A DNA stretch of 57,949 bases, from contig JAUZTB010000027.1 of the NCBI GenBank assembly GCA_034780895.1, positions 27,093,243 through 27,151,191 on the forward strand, written 5' to 3'. This document shows, one piece after another, positions 49,414 to 57,949 of this stretch. Position 1 is the first letter of the stretch. The number at the start of each line of letters is the position of its first letter. This DNA is from Rhynchobatus australiae. Lineage: Eukaryota. The position numbers and the translations under genes were made by a program. The notes under the pieces are model-generated. The model was not told the DNA's origin and ran no database searches. It was given only the letters and a program-made list of their open reading frames with translations.

Positions 49414-52400
49414 ATTAAACCAAGGTCATGTCTGTTTCTATAAGTGGATGATAAAGAATGAATGGACCCTCACTTAAAAGGCAGATCAGAGCATTGCAAC
49501 AATCACAACTAATTAATTATTTCCTGATGAGAGTAACATGGACATTGGAAGGCAGTTGAGGGACTTTGGGATAGAAAAGCCTGAAGTAAGGATCTCCCAT
49601 GCATCTTTTATAAATTAATTACAAGATAGCTTTAAAAATGTTCCCAGTGTGTTTCCCATAAGACAACCAGCCAGATTGATAGACTGGCTGTTCATCAGGT
49701 GAGAAAACAGCTGGAAAGAGTAGATATCAGACACTGAGTGGTGTGGCGGGGGGTGGTGTTGGGGAGAAGGGTGCATGCAATTGGACATCGTGAAAGGTCA
49801 GACATTGTAGAGGATCAGACATGGATGGGGTCACATGTTATAGGGTGAGGTGGGTTGGTCTTTGTGGCGAATGGATATATGGACATTTATGGGGCCTCAG
49901 ACATTGCAGAAGGAGAACTGGACATCTGGGGACAATGGAAGAGCCAGTCATATGTTGGATTGCATGGAGCTAGGTATGCTGAAGCAGGGCATACCTTCCT
50001 TCTCATAGTTATTCTGTTAAAGGTAACACAGCTCTTCCTTATTTTCAAGCTCGCAATAAAGGCTTGTGATTTCATCCTTCTGGCCTCCTTTTTATCTGCT
50101 GAGAGTTACCTGCCAAGCCAAGAATCATGACATGAAATAAAATGCAGTTAAAATGGAGCCCCATAGCCTCACAAGCATGCTCTACTGGGAGATCTACTGT
50201 TAGGGACTAAATGTCAGCTTCAATCAGGAATTATGTGGATACCAGCCATTAAGACAAGAGAGAAGCAGCCTTCAAAAAAGCTGTTCACATGTAACTTACC
50301 AGCAGTAATCAAGCAGACACTATTATCTGCAAAGATCGCAGGCTACAGGTTCAGAGAGGGAGATCACATAAGAATTAAACTATGTAATTATAGCCATTGA
50401 GACTGTTCAATCACCTGCTGTTATCTTTGTGCTTAAAAAGTATAAAACCTCAGTGTACTTTTTTTGAGTCGGGTGAGATTCTTTTGGAATTCGTCCAAGA
50501 GAGATTCTTCATGTGGTTCATTCAAACTCACAACACCTACTGCCTGAAAATAGTTAGTTACCCACCCTTCAATCTGCCTCGGTCAAAACCAGATGTGGTT
50601 CTAGGGATTAAGTTTGAGACTTTAAGAAAACTTCCACTTGCCCCTAACACATCCATACTTCAAGGTTAAATGTATTGTATGTACAACACCAGTCACTCTT
50701 CACTTCCTCCTATTGTGTGTCTTTCAGTTATCTTGGAACCTACAGAACTGGATGGAATCAAATCATCCTCAGTCCTAAAGGCCTGCCTAAGGAAAGAGGC
50801 TGATTACTGAGTAATTCAGCCATTTCATAGTTATTAATTAGAAAATTTACATTTTAGAGTTGTCGTCATCCTTTTATTATGAGAGGGTAATTAACATTAC
50901 TGCCTCACCTTAGTTTTCTTTTCCAAGACATGGTTCTTGTTTCAGATCTTTTCCCAAGTCCTGAAAGTAGGGGATTCTAAACTGACCCAGACTACAATAG
51001 ATTAACTAGACTTTTAGTCCCTACAGAAAATATTTGCTCCTTCTTGTCCAAATGGCTCACTCTGAGTTTCTTTCCAACATCTGGTCAGAGAATCAGATTT
51101 CCAGAACATNNNNNNNNNNNNATGCAGTACTGCACACACCAACCCTGGGTTAATGACATGTTCATCCTTTAAAATATTGAGGTGGCTTTGCTATTTGACA
51201 GGTGTGAAAACAAAGTTGTTACGAGTGCATCATAATTGGCGCTTTTTCAGTCATTGTTGCTAATGAATTTGTGTAAGATGAAATCACCCACAGCAAGAGT
51301 ACTCTCACCCCCTTTTATTAAGTGGTTATTAGAATCAATGAGTAAAGGCTATTTAACACTTTTTATAAAGGGAGAGGGATATATTGGTCTTTTTAAGCTT
51401 TTCAGTATAAAATTATGCATAGTTATTGTCCATTAAGTCAATATTTGGAGAACTTTTGTATTTTAAAATCACATTTCTCAAAAGCACTGGTTATGTTGAC
51501 AAAGGTTGTTATTCACTTTTCCACAAATGGTCTAAAATATAAATGGATCTTCTGACATCTTACATTGTAGAAGCTTTCATGAAGATGGGTCGAGGACATC
51601 ACAGTAATAAAATCTGTCATGTAACTAAATGTGATGGATAACTGTAACAGACATAAAATAATACAGGATTTTCAAAGTCAGTAACTTGCATGCTCAGTGT
51701 ACCATGCTTTTTTTGTCCTCTAAACAAATAGCATTAAAAAACATTTAATATATATTGTACAACTTAAATCTTTTAGATTGTTTCTCAAATATCAATGCAA
51801 CATAATTTACTTTTCTCTAATAATCATTTTCCACAAAACTAACAAACTTTGTGATTAAGGAGCAAAGGGACTTGAGAATTTTTCCTTAAGAAATTCTTAT
51901 ATGCAGGTGGAATGGAGTTTTGTGGAGATAAAACTCAACCCTGTCCAAATAGAAGATTCTGTGTTAAGTTTCAGTCCCTATTAACTGACATGTGAAATTC
52001 TTCTTATTTCTTTAAAAGCATAGCTCAGTAGCACTGTGGTTAATGTTCACCTCCTGCTATGTGGTTACAGATTTGAATCCCTGCTGGGATTTAGTGCTGT
52101 TTGGAATCTTAATGTGTGATTAGTGTACATTCACATTAAACCTGCTAGTTTGATCACTATAAACTATACAATAATTTGTGCCTTGCCACAGAAAAATCAT
52201 GATACAAGCCTTGACCCTTAAAAATTTACTGAAACTCTAATAAAATCCACAGTTTAACATTATATTTGACATGTTACTGCTAACCATGACTCTCAGGTCC
52301 CAGGTCTTTATCACTCATGTACCAATTAATCCCATACTATGGGACATTCCCTTCATCGTGAACCTTATTATAACAGCCAAAATGCTTGACTCCTGAGGAA

Positions 52401-55400
52401 TGCATTATAACAGTAGAATGGATCATCTTGACATTTGGCCTTCTAATTGTTTTTGATGCTTAGCATTTTTTTTCTTCATAACCCACTCCTAAGATAAAAT
52501 ATTTGAAAATGAAAGAAACTAGTTGAGGAGCAACACCTATTCCCTGTAGACTGTCAAAATTTTGTGCAGTTAACCCAAGTTAAACATGGCACCAATTTTA
52601 TAAAGAATTTGACATCAGCCCACAAAACNNNNNNNNNNNNNNNNNNNNNNNNNNNNNNNNNNNNNNNNNNNNNNNNNNNNNNNNNNNNNNNNNNNNNNNN
52701 NNNNNNNNNNNNNNNNNNNNNNNNNNNNNNNNNNNNNNNNNNNNNNNNNNNNNNNNNNNNNNNNNNNNNNNNNNNNNNNNNNNNNNNNNNNNNNNNNNNN
52801 NNNNNNNNNNNNNNNNNNNNNNNNNNNNNNNNNNNNNNNNNNNNNNNNNNNNNNNNNNNNNNNNNNNNNNNNNNNNNNNNNNNNNNNNNNNNNNNNNNNN
52901 NNNNNNNNNNNNNNNNNNNNNNNNNNNNNNNNNNNNNNNNNNNNNNNNNNNNNNNNNNNNNNNNNNNNNNNNNNNNNNNNNNNNNNNNNNNNNNNNNNNN
53001 NNNNNNNNNNNNNNNNNNNNNNNNNNNNNNNNNNNNNNNNNNNNNNNNNNNNNNNNNNNNNNNNNNNNNNNNNNNNNNNNNNNNNNNNNNNNNNNNNNNN
53101 NNNNNNNNNNNNNNNNNNNNNNNNNNNNNNNNNNNNNNNNNNNNNNNNNNNNNNNNNNNNNNNNNNNNNNNNNNNNNNNNNNNNNNNNNNNNNNNNNNNA
53201 GGGATGTTAGCACTTGAAAAATCAATCACCATCTGTGCTCATTTTCTGAAGAGAAGAGAAACAACCTCTGTTTAAAAATACACCCAAATAAATATCTCTT
53301 AATGTTTGAAAATAAACTGCAAGGTCATGGAGTACATGGCAATTAGAACAGAAAAAACAGAGGCTGCTTTTAGTGACTTCATTATTTAATATCACATCTT
53401 AAATGTATGTCTCTGTACTAAAGTCATACTTCCATAAATAGATTTCAAAGCCACCTAAAGAGTACCCGCATGTGCAAAGGTTACAAAAAAGTTGGAAGAA
53501 GAACAACACCACATAACATGTGATGATAGGGCTCCATGCACTGTACAGCAGTGAAATGTTTGTACCATGGGTGCAACTTCTATTCGGTAGCACAGCTGTG
53601 TGAAAACTGCCAGCAAAAAGTATGCTGAGGCAGCAAAACCATTAAATGCTCAACAGTTATCCAAGCCCCTTTCCAGTAACCAGTCACTTGCACAACATAA
53701 CTAAACAAATTTGGAGGTCACAGAACAACAACAGAAAGATACATTGATGGAGATTAAATTTCACTTATTTAAATATATTTTCCCTCGTGAAGTTTATCAA
53801 CATGAAGCAATGCGTTCAAATCTAGTAACAAAATGTTTAAGTTACAAAAACCTTAATGTAGAAAAATGGCTGTAAAAATCATCTATAGTGTTGCTATAAC
53901 TACGTTTTCAATGACCATAATAAAGTCTTTTTTTTGCTAGCAAGTGAAAATGAAGTTTAAGCCATGATGCGACAGTTATACCTCTGGATATGTTTCAGAG
54001 AGTGAGAACTTTATGGTGTTCTGACAAAACACCCTCAATTTGACAATAGAAACCTTTCATCAAACTCGAAGGACAGTTTTTATTTGGAAAACAGAACATA
54101 CTTTACAAATCAATCACCGAAAATTACCCGCCATGCTGCAGCTTAAAAGGTACAGCAAACAGAATCAATCAATCTGTGGCAGTTTAAACAAACTTGTTTG
54201 ATCATGGATAGTGTGAGGATGGCCACAATAATTGGACAGAATTGTTAATCCAGGGAAGACCCTGCTGTGGTTTCTGCCACACTGGTAGATTTTACATCAT
54301 AATAGTTTACAAAACCACTTCACAGTACATGAAGAATTGTCCATGTATTGTGGGAATGGTGTAACACGTGGTCCAATCTGGGTATGAATGCCTGCTCCCC
54401 TACCATGCCAGAGGAGTGGTAAAGTGGATTTACTTTTAAGGCAGCTTTGCTGCTTTCATGGACTTTTGCTTCAATAACAAAATTATTGTCTTCACAATGA
54501 TCTGTGAGGAGATTTAAATTCTTGGCTCAAGCCAGTGCTATGACAAATAGATTGAATAAATTCAAGAAGTTAGGCTTTGCACAATTAATTTAATATCCAG
54601 AGAGTCATGTTTAAACAATGTAATGAATTGAAGAATTGTATTTTGAGACTGGCATCACTGATAACTTACTCTCGTCATCAAGGTGACTCATGATAGTGCT
54701 ACGAAATAGAATATTTCAGGTGTCTAATGTCAGGGCATATTCAGCACAAATACAAAGTTTCCCCTCACTACAGCAGCCCCAGTAGAGCATTCCCTGCTGC
54801 ACCAATGACATTTATTCATTTCAGTCTTCGGAGATCCTGGCAAGGTCAGCGGCACTCGGGTTGTTTCATGCTGTGGATCCATGGGCACCAGCAGCAAGAA
54901 TGAAACGAGACAAATACTTCTCATTTAGGACCTTGGAGCCTACTCAGCTGACTCAGTTGACTGTTAAANNNNNNNNNNNNNNNNNNNNNNNNNNNNNNNN
55001 NNNNNNNNNNNNNNNNNNNNNNNNNNNNNNNNNNNNNNNNNNNNNNNNNNNNNNNNNNNNNNNNNNNNATATGAGCTATGAACTGTGAATAATCTGGACA
55101 ATAGTAGTTGAAGTCAAAAGATGATGTCATATTTTGATGGACTAGCAAGGTATACAGATTTCCATTCATTTCTCTCTCAAACTACTATCATTCTTACCTA
55201 GGCCAAAGGTTTACCCCAGTATTCTGGTAGAATATGACGGGTTCCCAAGAGATTCTTTCTATCATGAGAGAACCATGCAATGGATAGAGGGCATTCCTGG
55301 TAATGCTGTAACTGGGGACCCATCATAAGCAAAATGGAGCTAGCTATCAACTTGAAAGGAATGGGGTCACACAAACAATATCAGAATCTGGACCTTATGA

Positions 55401-57383
55401 AAGACTTGACTCAGAGTACAGTCTCCAGAAGGAAGTCACTTCAGGTTTTCTCCCTCCATTGGACCATCTTAAGGCTGGTCCTGCTGTTTCTGAAAGCCAA
55501 TAGCATCTCCCCTATCATGATCCCAGGAAACCACAGGAAGGAAAGATGCAGGTTCCCAGATCAAAGGGGCCATTTTTATCAGTGTTGGTTTCATTACTCC
55601 TTGAAACAAAACTTATTTTAAAATATTAAACATTTTCTCCTGCTCTTACAGAGATTACTCCATGCTTTCTGACATCAGTTAGAATAACTGTCTCTGTTTT
55701 ATCAGATAACATTGTCATTACTCACGTACTGAAGTTAATTAGTAAAAACTACTCTCTTTCCTCATCCTTTCTCTCTCCTTATTGTGGTGACTCAGACTGG
55801 AATTCAGTGCCAAAAGCCCCTGTGACCATCTGGTACCTTATACAACTGACTCTCACATTTCTCATATGTGAGGCTTTGACAGGAACAGAAATGGGATTAG
55901 GTATTTGAGATGCTGAACCTCAGTCCAGAAAAGCCCTTGCTGGCTCCCAACTTCTCTCTTCCCAGGACTCTAACCTGCAAAAATGAATCATACCTGAAAC
56001 CTCTCTGAATTTGACAATGAGTGTCCTGTAATTTACAAAATTAATGGGACTACAAGGTCTGCTAGGAGGACCCAGTTTCAGGTCCAGTCTTCATCACTTC
56101 TCTTCCATCAGAGGAAGAAACCTGAGCTCCCCCATCTCCACCCTCACAAGCCAGCACACGAGCCACAGTCATCATGTGGGAAGGGGAGGATATCTCCCAC
56201 GTTCTACTCTCAATCATTTGACATGTATGAAAATCATTGTGTTAATGAGTTTTTAAAGAAAGCGCTTATGTCTGTTATACATAAGTAGTTATACCTTAAC
56301 TGCAATAATACTTACAATAACAATAGAAGACTTAACTGTGAGGCAATTTAAGTCTTTTTTTATAAATTATATTTAAGATGTGAAATGCATTGACTTCAAT
56401 TCCATCACATGTGTTTTGGTGAGCAAATCTGGCAGATGATATTTTCAACATTTTAAAGATAAATTTCTCATTATCTCTTGGATATTAAATCATCTCTTAC
56501 AATAGCAACTAATCTTGAGAGAATACAGAGATCAGCAATTTTTGTGGAGAGGGCTGAAGTCACAGCTTCACTTTTAACAAAAATATTTCCAATATTTGTG
56601 AGGCTGGCTGGATCCAAGGGCTTAGCTGAGAACTGCTTTTGCCCCTGGGCCATGAATGGGCCTATGTCGATGAAGAGTGACAGACTTCAGTGATTGAAAA
56701 GAATAAACTCAACTAAAAGCTATCTGCTTCTCACCTGAATAACAGTCAGTCAGTGGTTGAGAGTTGGAAGGGACCTTGGCCACCTTATTATTGGCCAAGG
56801 CCTGCCTGATGAGTTAATAGAAATTAAGATATATTGTGTTATAAGATGAATTAATTCTTTCTTTGGTTCCTCTTAACACTCTCAAATTATTTTACATTCC
56901 AGTCACTTTAAGACAATTATGCTTTTAATGTTATATTGTCATGTTGACTGGCACCCTAGTGCAAACAATTGTCAGTTTTCAAAGCACCGTGGTTGTCTGA
57001 TCACAGATAATCATGTGACCAAACAACTAAACACAATTCTGTGCCTCAAGCGGTGCTTTTAAGCATCTAATGACCTGCAGTAAATAGGTTGTGCTGTTAA
57101 GGGCAATTCTATTTGCCAAACAAAGTAATAATCCATGAGATTGTGCATTAAGGTTTCCCCACATCATAACAGTGACTACATTTCAAATATACAGTGGTTC
57201 CGAAGTATGTTAGGACCTTCTTAATTCAAAATAAAAGTGGACATTTAATTTCTTTTTGTTTACATTGATATTTATAAAGTAATACTTCAGAAATAAAATT
57301 GCTGCAGAGAATTTCAAGAACAAATCTGAAGAGGGCAAACATTAATTGTTCTATTGGTTTTTCATTCTCTGGCCTTGTATTCA

Positions 57384-57949
57384 CTGGACACGGGAAAAGG
57401 AGAAGGATATGCCCGTCAATAAGTTCATGATTGATCTCGTACCTCAACACCACTTTCCTGCACTAACCCATGTCATCTGATTGATTCATTCAAAATTCTA
57501 TCTAATTTTGTTTGAATTTACTCAGCCACTGAACCTCTACCATCCTCCTGGGATGTAAATTCCAGAGATTCACCACCTTCCAAGTGAAGCAGTTTCCTCA
57601 TTACAGCCTGGAATGGCTGACCCCTTTCTTGAGCCCTCACTCAGGGAAATATTACCCTTGCACGAAGCCTGTCAAGCCCTGTAAATATTTTGTTCATTTC
57701 AATGAGACCAGCTCTAATATTTCTAAACTCTAAAGAATATAGATCCTACTGTTTCATGTCTCCTCATCCTGCCATCCCAGGGGTCAAATTAGTGGATCTT
57801 TGTAGTAGTTCTTCAAATAAAAATATATTCTCCCTTACATCGAGAGACCAGACTGTTCACAGTATTCCAGCTGCAGTCTTACCAGGGCCCTGCATAGTTG
57901 TAGTAAGATGTCTTTACCCTTGCACTCAAATACTCTTGCAATGAAGGCC
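57384..57949 (-). mobile_element. CR1 LINE 3' end (continues past the window)
   Basis: Minus strand AFIARVFECKGKDILLQLCRALVRLQLEYCEQSG, ..FTWKVVNLWNL and a CR1 tail near 57390-57450. Confidence 0.85.

Noticed and set aside
18598-53232. Long ORFs in the track consisting mostly of X
   Set aside because: They simply read through N gaps.
53518-53632. Possible C/D-box snoRNA (GTGATGA...CTGA)
   Set aside because: No terminal stem and no recognisable guide sequence. A similar minus-strand candidate at ~38055-38120 is equally unsupported.
56666-56676. TCGATGAAGA, resembling a 5.8S rRNA motif
   Set aside because: Only ~10 nt match; the flanks are unrelated.
1-57949. CRISPR arrays, operons or prokaryotic defence systems
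   Set aside because: No regularly spaced repeats or gene-dense ORFs; the sequence is vertebrate intronic/intergenic DNA.

Overview
Eukaryotic (vertebrate) genomic DNA: AT-rich, CpG-depleted and with many N gaps. The repeat landscape (CR1, L2, RTE, Rex/Babar and Crack-like LINE fragments, V-SINE, Penelope termini, Harbinger and Gypsy relics) is most consistent with a cartilaginous fish (shark or ray) draft scaffold; that assignment is inferred from memory of these families, not from a search. There is no intact gene, rRNA, tRNA or CRISPR array. Almost all listed ORFs are spurious, gap-spanning or TE-derived. The window looks like long intronic sequence with one convincing 114-bp coding exon on the minus strand (22240-22353; gene not recognised) and several unique, motif-rich blocks that resemble conserved non-coding elements. 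The most notable structures are: a diverged inverted repeat (~150-250 bp arms) enclosing ~800 bp of unique sequence at ~15.9-17.2 kb; a Penelope-derived palindrome with degenerate hammerhead-ribozyme cores; relics of both PIF/Harbinger genes (Myb/SANT and transposase); tail-to-tail LINE pairs able to fold back; and coding-like plus-strand segments that may be a decayed antisense gene. I found no well-supported novel biological system; all candidates below need checking.
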